A DNA stretch of 64,000 nucleotides from Azolla caroliniana (lineage: Eukaryota > Plantae > Polypodiophyta), in assembly GCA_043228905.1 (NCBI GenBank), contig JBHGNT010000005.1, forward strand, positions 21,390,001 through 21,454,000, in the 5' to 3' direction. Of this stretch, positions 47,167-60,375 are shown one piece after another (the stretch's first letter is position 1; every line of letters starts with the position of its first letter). The notes under the pieces were generated by a model. The model worked only from the letters and a program-made list of their open reading frames with translations. It was not told the origin of the DNA and did no database searches. The position numbers and the translations under genes were made by a program.

Positions 47167-50100
47167 ATGGCCGGATCCTCATGGACAGAAATGTTCAAAA
47201 CCCGACCTGCACGCCTGGAAGAGTCCACGCAAACCGACCAAACCCACGATGCTGGCCCGCCTAACCCGACTCAGTACCACGGAGGGTGGCTAACTCCGGG
47301 GATACTACCAAACATGAACCTCCCATCGAGCCCAGGACCTAAAGCACTGCTCAACACACCCCCACTACAGGAGAGCCCAATGGCAGACCCACTCAGTGTA
47401 GAATGACATATACGAGATGCAACGCAAGAGTTACGAGTGATAGAACACGAAATCAATCTATGGACGGTACAACTTGCGAAAGGAGGACAACCGGAAAGCA
47501 CCACTCGAGATATCGAAGCTGCTTTAGCCGAAAGGAAGGATTGATTCACACGAGTGCAACAAAAACTTCACCACCTAGAAACATCGTCGCACATACACCG
47601 CCGAAGTCAGGAGCACAGCCCCGTACCGCGTTCGAGCACAACAGGCGATAGCCCGAACGAAACCCGCGCACAACGACACCCGACACCACCATGCATGGGC
47701 ACAATCCCTACACCTGATCAAGCTACACCTACACCTCCAAACGCCGAACTCGCACTCGTGCTACAATCCATACAAACTCTTGTAGCATTGATGGAAAAAG
47801 AGCGAGCACCCATAGACCATCCGAGAAACCTCACAAATGACAGTGGAAAGAGTGCTTCCATTTCTAAACTAGTACCCCGTTTCCTCGGTTTCGGCGATGC
47901 CTATGACCATGTCGAGAGGTTCAAACAGATTTGTCGCGCTTACGAACCCCTCATAGAGATCACCAAGGTAGCTGCATTTGGACTCACACTTGACGACCAA
48001 GCCGGCATCTGGTTTCGAACCTTGAATGAAGACATCGCCACCGATTTCGAGTACGTCATCGAGGATTTCTTGATAAACTTTGCTCGTCGAGGGAATAAAT
48101 GGAACCCGATTGACCAACTTTTTGCCCTCAAACAAGAAGCAAACGAAACGGTCAGGGACTACATACGTCGCACGAAAAGCTTGCATCATCGTTGTAGTCC
48201 GAACGACAAGATGTCGGATGACAAGTTGATGAGCTGTTTCATTAATGGGTTGTTCGATACGACACTCAAAAATTTCCTGATTGCCCGGATGTGTCGATCG
48301 TTTACTGAAGCCTGCACAGTAGTGATGACCTTTGAAGATTCGATGAGTGGATTACATATACCCACTCACGCACCCACGAACAACCGCGAGAAATCCTCCG
48401 ACCCCACCCCTGCTCTACCCACACCGCGAACACCCCGTATAGAAAGACCCCAAGCATACGCCCAACGAGAAAATGTAAGGTGCATAGTATGTCACGGACA
48501 CCACACGGGACATGAATGTCCCCTCCTTCATCAACGTCGGCCGCAATACTATAAGTGGTGCAAAGCTTTCGTAATGCATACGCAAGAGAACTGCTGGCAA
48601 GCCCCCACTGGAAGGTACGGCCAAACGCCAATGGTGGAACACCCACGCTCCCCCCCACCACTTAGCCGCTCACCACTACCAGCGATACTCCCTCAACAAC
48701 CCCCACTACCACGCATCGGTGCCCGCCTCGCTGAACTGGAGTATACCACAGATAACCAAATCCAGGTCGGAACGAGAACCCTCGAATATGAAGACCCGTA
48801 TAGGGAGTATGGCATTGAAGAAGAGGTGTTATCCCATTTCGTGGATTTTGAAGGCGACCAAATACCAGTGTACGTCCTGAGAGGGGAACAACGTGGACCC
48901 CCTATGGGATACCGCAACAACAATGGTCTGAGGAGGTCAGAATTGAAATGCTTCAACTGCCAAGGACCGCATATGGTTAGCGAGTGCCCAACCAAACATG
49001 AGTACTACAACCGGATGGCCCAACGACCACGACACCTCCCACTCGACACGCCCCCACAACCATTGGCGCAAGGACCCACCCAACAGTCACAAGACCTCAT
49101 CGAATGGTTCCAAAGAGAAGCATCATGCCCAGGGTGCGGTAAAGAACACCTAGTACCTGATTGCCTGGAAAAGAAGAAAAGGGTCGGCACAAATCTGTTG
49201 TCCATTGTGCCATCCACAATCGGTGCCAATGTCATCACTTGAGCCCAACGAGTAGCGCACAATTTAAAATACCAAGATCAAGGTCTCCCCGTGACCGCGC
49301 GTAAGAGACGCAAATCTAGGAAGAATAATTCCACGCAGACCTCAAAACAAGATCAAGAACCGGAGGGAGACACAGAAACATTACCCGTCAATCCGAATCA
49401 AGAACTACCGGCACACCTAGCGGAATACCCAAATCCAGTAGCTGAGAAACAAAAAGTAGAAGAATACATAAAACTCATACACCACGAACAGTTTGAAAAA
49501 TCACTTAGCCTCCCCAGCTTAAACTTCGAGCAACTAGAAGAATGGGTAAACCCCTCACCTCCCCCCTTCGTCACACCAACCGACACCCCCGTTTGCCATC
49601 CTACCTCGATCAAAGAGGTCAACACAACTCTACTCCAACAAATCTTAAATTTAAGATTGCGACTCACATTACGCGAAGTGCAGAGCTACATTGGCACCTT
49701 CACCATTGACAACCCCCTGCTACGACCACTACTCGCCAAAGAAATAGAGTTCACGCTCGAAGAACTACTCAAACTCGACGTTCAACCGTGGCATGACGTC
49801 CTCCGACGCCTCACTGGTGGCCTATCGGTGGGATACACACCCACACTCCTCGCACGTCCACAGTCCTCAAACAACCCGAAGGACCGCCAGTCGATGTCCA
49901 CGAAGCCCACTTCGAAAGCGACGACACTAGTTTCACTCTACCAGTCTGTGTCAATGGTAAGACGTGTGATGCCATCATCGACACCGGAGCAGGGGGTAAG
50001 TATCGTCAGTTACGAATGTTGGTGCAAGTGGGGGAGCCCAAAAATGATGCCTTCCGAGGTCAAACTACGAATGGCAGACGGGTCCATCCAAAGACCGGAA

Positions 50101-53100
50101 GTCATGATTCATTCGCATCACTTCACTATACACGGAGTGGAGTTCAATCTCACCTTCGTCGTCACAAGATCGTCCAACCATGTAGCCTACGAGTGCTTAC
50201 TAGGAAGACCATTCCTACGTATAAGCTGCCTGGTCATGGATTTTGGGGATGATATAATCTATATGCAAAAGGACAACAAAACCTTTTGCATCAAAGCGTA
50301 CACACAAAAAGTGCATGAACAAGAAGGCAGCCCTCTCGTAGACGATTGGTCAGAAACCACTGAGTTCGAGACCAACCTCCTAGCGTGCAACCCCGCGAAG
50401 ACAATTCAACTCTTGACCAGAGGCCAACACTTTCCTCAAAGCCCCACCACTTCCAAAGAGGAGAACGCACGTGAGAGAGACGACCAATCCGTCACCTCCG
50501 AGACGTCAGAAATGAATTGGGTGCACGCTCTCGCCACAACCGACGCAATGTATCCTATAGGTACAAAGTGTTGCGACGAGAACGGAGAGACAATCTCGTG
50601 CTTCAACATCACCACCCTAGGTCCCCGGCGAAAAGACGTAGACGTAGAGGACGAAGAACAGGCACAACGAGTCACACGTCCAGGTGACGTCACGACCACT
50701 CAAGAGGAGGTGACGGAAGCGGACTTCCCAGAGCATTTCAAACTCTATGAACAAGGGAGTAGGGCAGTGGCTTGTAAGAGACCGCAACGCAACCCCCAAG
50801 GCCTAGGAGAAGTCTACAATGGACCAGCAAGGGTGAAAGAAATCAACCTTGGGAAAGGGACAGACTCTAAACCGGTGTTCATAGCTACAGATCTCCAACC
50901 GGACGAGGAGGCGTCCTTGATCACTCTCCTCACGGAATTTAGCGACGTGTTTGCCTGGTCGTACGTCGACATGAAGGGAGTCCCAGCCGAGGTTGTCACA
51001 CATAGTATCCCCATGCGAGCCGACGCCCGCCCAATCCGGCAAAGGCCACGTCCAATGAATCCTAACTACGCCCAACAAGTGAAAGCCGAAATCAACAAAA
51101 TGTTAGCCGCAAGCATTATCTACCCAATCGAACGAACTACTTGGGTCTCCCCAATTGTGGTCGTCCCAAAGAAAAACGGTCAGATCCGCATATGTGTAGA
51201 CTACCGCCAAGTTAACGAAGCCACTATCAAGGACAATTACCCGGTACCATACATCGAACATTTACTCGAAAGAACCACGGGAGCGGAAGCGTATAGCTTC
51301 ATCGACAGGTTCTCCGGGTACAACCAAATCTCGGTGGTCCCTGAGGATCAACACAAGACCGCTTTCGCCACGGAATTTGGTACGTTCGCATATAAACAGA
51401 TGCCTTTCGGACTCACGAGCGCCTTGAGCACCTACCAAAGAGCAGCAGACCATATCTTTGCCGCAAGGTTACGCCAAGGGGTGGAGTCTTATGTTGACGA
51501 CTTATGTTGCAATTCGAAATGGCATGACCACTTGGGGCTACTCCGTTTGACGTTCGAAAAATGCAGAACCTATCAACTCTCTCTCAACCCGCTCAAGTGT
51601 CAGTTCTGGGTCAAGCACGGAATAATATTAGGACACGTCGTGTCCCGCCACGGGATCTCGACCGACGAGGCAAAAGTAAAACTCATCCTCGACATGTCAC
51701 CCCCCACGAACGAGAAACAACTACAAGGGTTCATGGGATATGCGGGTTACTATAGACGCTTCATTAAGATGTTCGCGGACAAGGCTAGACCACTCTACTC
51801 CCTATTAAAGCAGTTCGTATGGACAGAGGAATGCACACACTCCTTCAAACTCTTGAAAGAGTGCCTAACTAAGGCTCCCATCCTCCGGCATCCCGATTGG
51901 ACCAAAGAATTCCACGTGCACACCGACGCTTCCGCCTTCGCGATTGGTGCAGTGCTAGCCCAACCCGGTGAAGGGGCACTCGACCTACCGGTCACCTTCG
52001 CTAGTCGCCAGCTAAATGCCGCGGAACGAAATTACGATGGTCTACAGCGTAAAGAAATTCCGCCACTACCTGTTGGCATCCCGGTTCTCGTTTTTTGTAG
52101 ACCATCAGGCCCTACTCTACTTAGTAAACAAAACTCATGCCACTGGACGCATCTCACAATGGATTGTAACGTTACTCGAATTCGACTTAAAGGTAGTACT
52201 GAGAAAAGGGAAAGACCATGTACTCGCCGATCATTTCTCCCGAATTCCCAACGGAGAAGAAGCCACTGGGGTCGATGATGAAACACCAGATGCAGCATTA
52301 TTTGCGATCGATACCGTACCAGCATGGGCATCAGACATAGTTCGCGTCCTAACCGACGGAGCGTCCTTCCTAAAACAACTACCATGAACACACGCGCGCG
52401 CCTTGCTAAAGAAATGTGGCCCCTTCACGATGCTCCGAGGCAATCTGTACCGTCGGGGTAATGACGATCTACTTCGGAGGTGTATAACAGACCATGATGT
52501 CGTCACCACCCTCGAACAAGCTCATTGCGGTGGCGGAAGTGGTCATTTCAATCACGAGACCACTGCGCACAAGATCCTTCAGTCCGGCCTATGGTGGCCA
52601 ACACTCTTCAAAGACACATACGCGTACGTGCGTCGCTGTGACGAGTGCCAACATTTCAAACACCCGCTAAAAGCGGATTTTAATACGTTAAACTCGGTGG
52701 TGGCATGGCAACCATTCGAGAAATGGGGTATCGACTTTATCGGCCCAATCAGCCTAGCTTCCAACCTCAACCAATACATAATAACCGCCACCGACTACGC
52801 CACCAAGTGGGTTGAAGCGAAAGCTTGCGTTAACGGCAACGTGCGTAGTACTGCCAAATTCCTATATGAAAATGTCATCGTACAGTTTGGATGTCCGCTC
52901 GAAATCATTAGTGACCAAGGCTCACATTTCTTGAACGAGGTGATAGCACATTTATTAGGCGAGTTTATGGTGACACACCGCAAAAGTTCTCCTTATTACC
53001 CTCGATGCAACGGACAAGCGGAAAGCACGAATAAGGTGTTATGTGCAGTACTCACAAAGATAGTCGCTGCCTCCCGATCTGATTGGAGCACCAAACTCCA

Positions 53101-53719
53101 AGCAGCATTATGGGCCTTCCGTACTTCCTACAAAGTTGCAACTCGCCACACACCATTCAAACTGGTGTACGGGCAAGAAGCAGTATTACCCATCAAGTTC
53201 CTTGTCCCCAGCCTCAGGATCGCCGTACAGGAACGATGGGAAGGGGACCCCCTCCCGTCACGCCTAGAGAACCTAGAACGACTGACAGAAACTCGCCTTC
53301 TCGCATTCTAGGCACTCTTGGCAGAGAAAGCCAATAGAAAGGTGTGGCACGACAATAAATTCAAGAACAAAGACCTCGCAGAAGGCGACATGGCCCTCAA
53401 ATTCTCCTCTCAATGACACAAGAAGAAGTTGAAGCTACGGGGCGAAGGCCCGTATGTGGCTTCGGAGGTTACCAAGACAGGAGCATGTCGCCTACGCACG
53501 ATCGAAGGTTTTGACATCCCCGGGTTCATTAATGGGAGCAAGCTCAAACGTTACTATGGACCCCTCACACTTGAGGCTCTACTCACGGCTCGGCAACGAG
53601 AGGTAGAGGCCAAACTTAAAGCCTCCGAAGGCCGAATGGCCCGGCTCGAAACCGACCTGCGCAACACGCAAGAGAAATTAAAGCGACAGGGACACGCCCA
53701 TCCGACAGCGCGCACTTAA
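47167..53719 (+). pseudogene. Gag-pol of the Athila-like element (disabled)
   Basis: ORF pieces 47167, 47554 and 49291 share one frame separated by TGA stops. CCHC knuckles; protease AIIDTGAG (locally frameshifted); RT ICVDYRQVN and YVDD; RNase H HTDAS; integrase WGIDFIGP and PYYPRCNGQAE. Frameshift near 52036. Confidence 0.93.
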
Positions 53720-53745
53720 TCCAAGTTCGGGTACTCCCACCCGGA

Positions 53746-54756
53746 GTGATGCACACACAATGTCTCCTCGGTTTAGATTGGTATCGCATAAGCGAATGTC
53801 TCCTATCACCCAGCAAACACATCGTCTCTTTTCAAACAAGAGGTGGGCTGAAGTCCGAGGACCTCCTCGCAACAACACTCGAATCACATCCCGCTGTCCT
53901 CGCTAACCCCCAAAGTGTGGAGCTACCCAAACAAGCAACACACCGACACCCACCGACCGCCCATAGCCAACGCGACACTAACAATAGAACACAGACACCC
54001 AAACTACGAGAATGGGTGAACGTCCACGCTGTGCTCGCTGAAGGCCCACGCTACGGAGAGCGTGCGGTATGGCGAGTCAGGAAAATACTCACAACCGCAC
54101 AAGGGTGGCACAATGGCGCCACTAGCTTCTGGGTCCCGAAACGAAGCCGACTCCCCAGTCTCGATCATACCACGCCTGCAGGGGACATCGATGAACCGCA
54201 AGACGCGGAGTCGCTCAACCAAACCAAACGCCAACACCCACTGGCCACCCAAGACCAGCACGACGTTGACGTCAAAACACGGACACCCAAACCACGGGAA
54301 TGGGTGAATGTTCACGTTGTTTTTGCGGACGGGCAACGTTGTGGAGAACCCGCCATTTGGCGAGTCAAAAAGACACTCACAACAGCACAAGGTTGGTACA
54401 AAGGCGCCACTAGCTTTTGGGTCCCAAAACGAAGCCGACTCCCCAATCGCGATCATACCACGCCTGCAGGGGACACCCGAAAAGCACACACATCAGCTTG
54501 GTATCCCGCCCAGGCTAAAGCCATAGGAAGCGACAAGCCTAAACAACGGAGAGACCGAACACCCTGTAGGAAGGTTTCACAAATCCTCCCCACCCCCTTA
54601 ACAAACATGTCGCAGGTTTGGATCCTTAAAAGTCACGGATCCGGAACCTCACACGATACCCGAGTGACACTCCTTCCACAGTCGCATCCTCAAGGTTCCT
54701 CAAAAGCCCTTAATTTACCCAATCCCCTACCACGTTCCCCGGAGACCCCCGTTTAG
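53746..54756 (+). CDS. Additional ORF or integrase C-terminal extension with two ~66-aa repeats
   Basis: 336-aa open frame right after pol; repeat TPK.REWVNVH.V.A.G...WRV.K.LTTAQGW..GATSFWVPKRSRLP..DHTTPAGD at a 288-nt period. Confidence 0.6.
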   Translation: MMHTQCLLGLDWYRISECLLSPSKHIVSFQTRGGLKSEDLLATTLESHPAVLANPQSVELPKQATHRHPPTAHSQRDTNNRTQTPKLREWVNVHAVLAEGPRYGERAVWRVRKILTTAQGWHNGATSFWVPKRSRLPSLDHTTPAGDIDEPQDAESLNQTKRQHPLATQDQHDVDVKTRTPKPREWVNVHVVFADGQRCGEPAIWRVKKTLTTAQGWYKGATSFWVPKRSRLPNRDHTTPAGDTRKAHTSAWYPAQAKAIGSDKPKQRRDRTPCRKVSQILPTPLTNMSQVWILKSHGSGTSHDTRVTLLPQSHPQGSSKALNLPNPLPRSPETPV

Positions 54757-54784
54757 ACCGCCCTCACCATCAGTATCCGAATCC

Positions 54785-55050
54785 TTTTTTATTTTTTATT
54801 TTATTTTATTTTTTATATTTTATTTTATTTTTTATTTTCTATTATTTTTGTTGTTTGTTAATTTTATTTATTTATTTATTATCTTTTTTTTTTTTAATTT
54901 TTTTTTTTTTTTAATTTTTTTTTTTATTTTTTATTTTTTATTTTTTTTATTTTTTTGCTTTTTCTTTTCTTTCGTTTTTCTCCTCCTCCTTCTTCTTCTT
55001 CTTCTTTTTTCTCCTTCTTCTTTGCTCTACCTCCCCTCCCTCCTTTTTTT
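54785..55050 (+). repeat. Long T-rich / pyrimidine low-complexity tract
   Basis: (TTTTA)n and poly-T followed by CT-rich sequence. Confidence 0.9.
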
Positions 55051-55688
55051 TCACCCTCCTCTTTTTGCTGTCCCCTCCCTTCTCACTCCACGCTTCCACG
55101 CTCTGCAACAATCTTTACCCCCTCCCCACTCACACTATTCCCCCCCTTGCCCCCCAATCTCTGTTGTGGCTTTCTCCCACCCTCAGCAGCCCCGCCCCTC
55201 CTCCACTGGTTGCCTGCGCAGGTCGCCGCCTCGCCTCCCCCACGCCTTGCTTTCCCACACCTCGGGTAGGCCCTCCCTTCCCCCCCCTCTCTCTCGTTTT
55301 GACACACCACACTGCACTCCCCTCGTACCTGCCCTTTGTTCCTCTACGGGGGCCATGGCCGCCGCCACGACGTCGTCTTCCTCCTCTTGTCACCGGCACA
55401 CTACGAGCCTCCCAGCCGTGGCGGCCATGGCCGACACACTACGGGCCTCCTAGCCGTGGCGGCCATCGCCGGCACCCTACGTCTACACTACTCCCGCGGC
55501 GGCCCTCGCCGCTGCCACGTCGCCGCCACCCCTCCTCGTGGCGTTGCCCGTCCACGCTGCCCCACCGTCCCGACGTTTTTCTCTCTTTCTCTTCTTTCTT
55601 TCGTTCCCCCCGAGGTGGCTGCAACAGCCGCCTCGTTGTTTCACCCTCCCCACGTCATTGGCCGTTTCCAGCCCACTCCACCGCGTGG

Positions 55689-55926
55689 TTCGAAGGACCC
55701 AACCCCTCGAACTCCCCGAGTGGCCCAACCCCTCGAACTCCCTGTTGTTCGAGGGGCCCAACCCCTCGAACTACACAGTATTCGAGGGGCCCAACTCCTC
55801 GAACCACACCCGGCCCAACCCCTCGAACTACACACTGTTCAAGGGGCCCAACTCCTCAAACCACGCGTCGTTCGAGGAGCCCAACTCCTCGAACCACACA
55901 TCGTTCGAGGAGTCCAACTCCTAGAC
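55689..55926 (+). repeat. Array of ~8 palindromic 23-bp units with ~10-nt spacers
   Basis: TTCGAGGRG-CCCAA-CYCCTCGAA (9-bp stem, 5-nt loop), period ~33 nt. Confidence 0.92.
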
Positions 55927-56060
55927 CACGTACCCCTTCGTTGTAACGTTATTACGAAATTAGGACCCCAAAAAAAAAAGAAAAAAAAGAAAAAGAAAAA
56001 CCCAGCCAGGGAATCTATTGAAACTACCCATACTTGCTAATTCATCACCACAGTTACCTA

Positions 56061-56081
56061 TACTAATATTTTTCCTCGCAG
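56061..56081 (+). promoter_or_regulatory. Putative splice acceptor (branch point, polypyrimidine tract, CAG) upstream of the extra ORF
   Basis: TACTAAT-ATTTTTCCTCG-CAG|G, with an ATG at 56092. Confidence 0.65.
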
Positions 56082-56091
56082 GTTGCCAACG

Positions 56092-59000
56092 ATGACGCCT
56101 CCCCAATTTATCAAACTCCTCCACGCATACTATCCCGACGCAGGGTGCGGTTCCTTAGTCATTCCAGCGGTGTTCAACAATACCCGATGTACTTACCGGG
56201 TTCCCGCGGCCGCCACGCAGCTCAAGTACCTCGAACCCGACGTGTTCGCCACGCTCTCACGACTTGGCCCCAAGTTCTTCCTAGGGATCGGGTCGTGGGG
56301 TGTCCTACCCGAACTGGTCAACCGTTTCCTCATCGAGTACAACCCCAATACGGGCCACGTCAATATGCAACCTTTCGTAGACTCCCCTCCCGTCGCATTC
56401 CAGTTCACCGCGGCCGATGTTTGTGCTACGCTGCATTTACCCCTCGAGGGCACCCCCTTCCGCACCACGAGGACCCCGGGGGTTGTCCCCGGCATCATTC
56501 CTGTCGCCTACGCCGAGTATTTTGGACATGAAGGGTGGCGTTACACCGAAATCCCTCTCCATCTCTTTGACCGTTGTAGCGCCATAGCCCAAATCGGCGA
56601 CACCACATCTACCGACGCCACCGCTCGTATCACCGGTGAGTACCTCAAGTGGGCACATGATCCACAACCAGTCCAGTGGGCTCACGAGCTTGTCCGCCGG
56701 GTCCGAGAATGGCACACACGGCCCAAATCGACTGTCAATTTCGCGTGGTTCCTCACCCGCTACTTGTGCGCAAAGTTCAGCATCGGACCCCCCGCCCCTC
56801 CCTTCATACGCTGCCAAGAACGCTTCCGCAAGATCACTATCCCAGGTCAACTCGAATGCCTTCGTCTACCTGAACGCGACTTTTTACGACAAGTGCACCA
56901 AGGCGAACAGGCACGGCCACCAGCACACAAACAACCCCCGATCACCCACGTGTCAGTTGAAGCTAACCTCGACACCCCTGAGGATATCACGAATCGTGTC
57001 AAGGAATTCCAGACACACGAGTTCACCCCCACCGAAATCCAAGCCTTGTCCACCACTTTCCACTATGTGTCACATCAGACCACAACCACGACTCCGCGTT
57101 CCCGCAGCTGCACCACTGAGTCAATCTTATGCGACCAACGGAACTCACCAACCCTGCCTCCACCCACCTCGCCAACCCCTCCACCCCACGAATCCTCTCC
57201 TCCCGCTCCAGCCACAACTACCCCACCTTTCTCGTCCACCACCACCGACGACACCCCGCAACCCCGACCCCATAAACTCGCCCGCCACACCGCTCCCGAC
57301 ACCGACACCCCCGACCGACCCCCGACCGTAACCTCGGCAGTTCCTCTCCAACCCACCCTCGCCCCCGCCCAAATGACAACCCCACTTCCACCACCCCCCC
57401 TCCCGACCTCCGTGCCCCACCCGACCTCCCTCACTGCAGTTCCTACCCACCCTACCTCCTCCCTCGCCGTCCCCCCCAAACCCTTAACCGACATGGTGGC
57501 CGACCTCCTAAAGATGACTGCCGTCGTGAACTGCCGCCTACTTCAAGTTCAGGCACAAGCCCAACAGACCGCCACCGACCAACACGAGACGTCTACACGG
57601 AACGAGATCTTGGTCGCTGAGGTACGGAGCGCCCTCCATACCAACGCATGCCAAGCGGCCACCCACGACCTCCTCAAGCAAGAACTCTTGACAACGCAAA
57701 CCCGACACCAACAACTCGCTGACGAATTCCAACAAGCTCGGACAACTTGGCACCACGACCAGGAACGCGCTGCGCAAACACATGCCGAACTTTCGGCCGA
57801 GTACATTCGCCTCACCACCCAACACCAACTGACCGAGGCCCGCCTCGCAGCCGTGACGGCTGATCTCTCTAAACGGTCTGAGGCCCTTACCGCCGCCATG
57901 GCCACCACTCACCAACTCACGAGCGAGATCACCACCCTCAAGGCTGAACAAGATGCCATGATCCATTAAGTCGAAGTCGCCAATGAACGCAATCGATGTC
58001 TCCTCACCAAACACCACCGCCAATGCGCCGACCTCGAAAAGGACATCCTTCAACTACGCACGTCCAAAGCCGCCCTTGAACATGCCCTCACCCCCGGTGC
58101 GACGGACCCCTCCACCGGTCAGACCCCTCTCCTTACCCCAGTTGGCTCTCCGAATATGATCCAGGCACTCTCGGTGTACATGACCTCGACCTCCCTGCTC
58201 TCCGAACTTTTCACTGCACCACGCACACCACGCACCCTCCTCATCTAAGCAACATGCGTCCTTCGGTCGTTAGCCGCCACGCGTCGCGTATTCTTTGACG
58301 AAACCGCACCCCCAGACCGGCAGACCTTCATCCGAGTACTCCCCAAAGACAACCACGCCCTCGCCCTCTTCATGTTATACCAGGAAGCCACCGAAGAACC
58401 CGCTCCCCCAGTCGACGACCTCTTCCCCGAACACCTCCCCATTTTGTTCCTCAAAGATATGGCCTACCTTCACACCGCCCTCACCCCCGACTTGGACATC
58501 GCCGACCTGATCTATTTCACCTACCCTTCTGATGTCACGATGCAAGTCACTGAAGACCAGTTGGCCCACCTCTTCACAACACTGGTGCGCTTACACCACA
58601 TCGCCGACACCTTCACAACGACCTCCGTACCCCCTCTCGGTTTCCTCTAGCTAGTACGCACTTGGCAAACCGCCTGGGACGTTGGGGTTCGTACTCACAT
58701 ATTCAGCATCGAATACACCACGTTCAACTGGCCCACCGACCTCGAGGCTGATGACATACCAGAATTAGCCCTATACCTCGACGTTTCCCACGAGTATCAA
58801 CTCATGACGTTTGACGAGGCTCGTGCTCGTGCCCTCCTACCCCCGCACCCCGCTTCTCCCCCCCAAGAGATCGACCTAGAGGGGGACCACGACTCACCTG
58901 ATGAACCCGATACCCAGCCACCTCCTCGCCCTCGCCCTCCCTCCTCCCCACCCCCACCACCTACTTGCCCACCTCCCTTCCCTCCTCACCACTCGCCCCC

Positions 59001-60375
59001 ACACCCTCACCTCAGTGAGCACCACGTCCCAGACCACACACATCCCATGTTCGGTGACAACCCATTTCGCACACCCCCCTCGGCTCACCCCCTTTCCCCC
59101 CCACCAACCGACACTTTCCCCCTCCACACACGGGTCGTCACCCAACCCGGTCGGACATTCACAGAGGCCATCCTCCGCAAAGCTCTCCCGTTCAACCATC
59201 CCCTCGCACACCTCATGCTCCACCAACAACTACCCCTCCCCATCTTCACTACACCTCCCTTACTCCACACCCCGAGCACCCCCTTCAACGCTGATTTGGT
59301 CGACCGCTAGCAACTCACCCACGACCTCCAAACCGCCCTTGATTGCATCGAAAGTGGTACCAGTTGGGACACTCGTCTCGACAATCAGTCTGCCGCCCCC
59401 ATTCCATGGGAGTTCGACTTCTGCGAGACCCCCCTCCTCCTCACCCGCCTCTACAACTATTACCCCGAAGTCGCCTCTGAACCCCAAGTCGACGTCTTCC
59501 TTTACCCCCATGTTTACCGTGATAAGATGTCTACTTGGGCCGCTGCACACCCCACCCCCACTCGCGGGTGGCACCACCCCGTCGCCGACCCCCTCCTCGA
59601 ACCTCCCGGCACCCAACCTCCATGGCGTCTCCCTTGGTTCGCACACACATCCTTCCACGAATGGCTCGCCCGCCACCCCCCCGAGCTGCGCACCAACCCC
59701 ACCTTTTTTCCCCTTCCTCGTCGTTGGCCATGGCCCGATTTCCGCGCTGCACAGGCACGCCTACCCACCCTTCAATTCAACTGGCCGTTGTTCCCCTGAC
59801 CCCCGCGCACATCCCCGACCGAACCCAACATGATACGGGTCATGCGACGATTCCTACGTACATACCTCAACGTCCCGGACCCCGACATTCAAGCCAGCCT
59901 TCGTTTTCTACAACTTCTACTCATTCTCCTTGACTTTGGCCCGTACGAAGCCCCCCCCTTCCAACGGCACAACCACCCAGCGTGGGGCCTCGCCTTCGAT
60001 TTGAACAAAGGTCCAACTCGCCGCCAACTGGTCGGCCTTTGGACCCGCGTCAACATCCTCCCCGCAAGCTACAAACGGGATTTTGAAACCATGATCGACA
60101 CACATTTTTTCCCCCCTTACATAAGCTTTAGTCGAAACCCCCCTTCTCCCTTCGCCGGCCACAACACCTGCACCTGGCTCACCGGCCCCAAGAAAGATTT
60201 CTTCACAACAACCGACCAACTGCAGGAAATTCGGCTACCACCACTGAACATCCGTCGTCTTCGCCATCATCTCCGCCACCACCCACCCCCCGACGGACCC
60301 CCCTACTCAATTCTACTCACCCCCGACACCCGAAGCTCCCCTCCCACAGTGCACTCAGGAGTGTGCACTCATTAG
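56092..60375 (+). pseudogene. ~1430-codon extra ORF of the Athila-like element (PMD/plant-transposon-protein-like N-terminus, Pro/Thr linker, coiled coil, unknown C-terminal domains)
   Basis: ORF pieces 56083, 58372, 58804, 59527 and 59830 share one frame, broken only by five stops (57967, 58246, 58648, 59308, 59797). Ends at the PPT. Confidence 0.8.

Noticed and set aside
55689-55926. CRISPR array
   Set aside because: Spacers are only ~10 nt and resemble each other, there are no cas genes, and the context is a plant retrotransposon.
54848-56040. Hydrophobic/Pro-rich ORFs as an env-like membrane protein
   Set aside because: The hydrophobicity comes from translating poly-T and CT tracts.
58901-59833. 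310-aa Ser/Pro-rich overlapping ORF
   Set aside because: An alternative frame of the C-rich extra ORF with no independent support.
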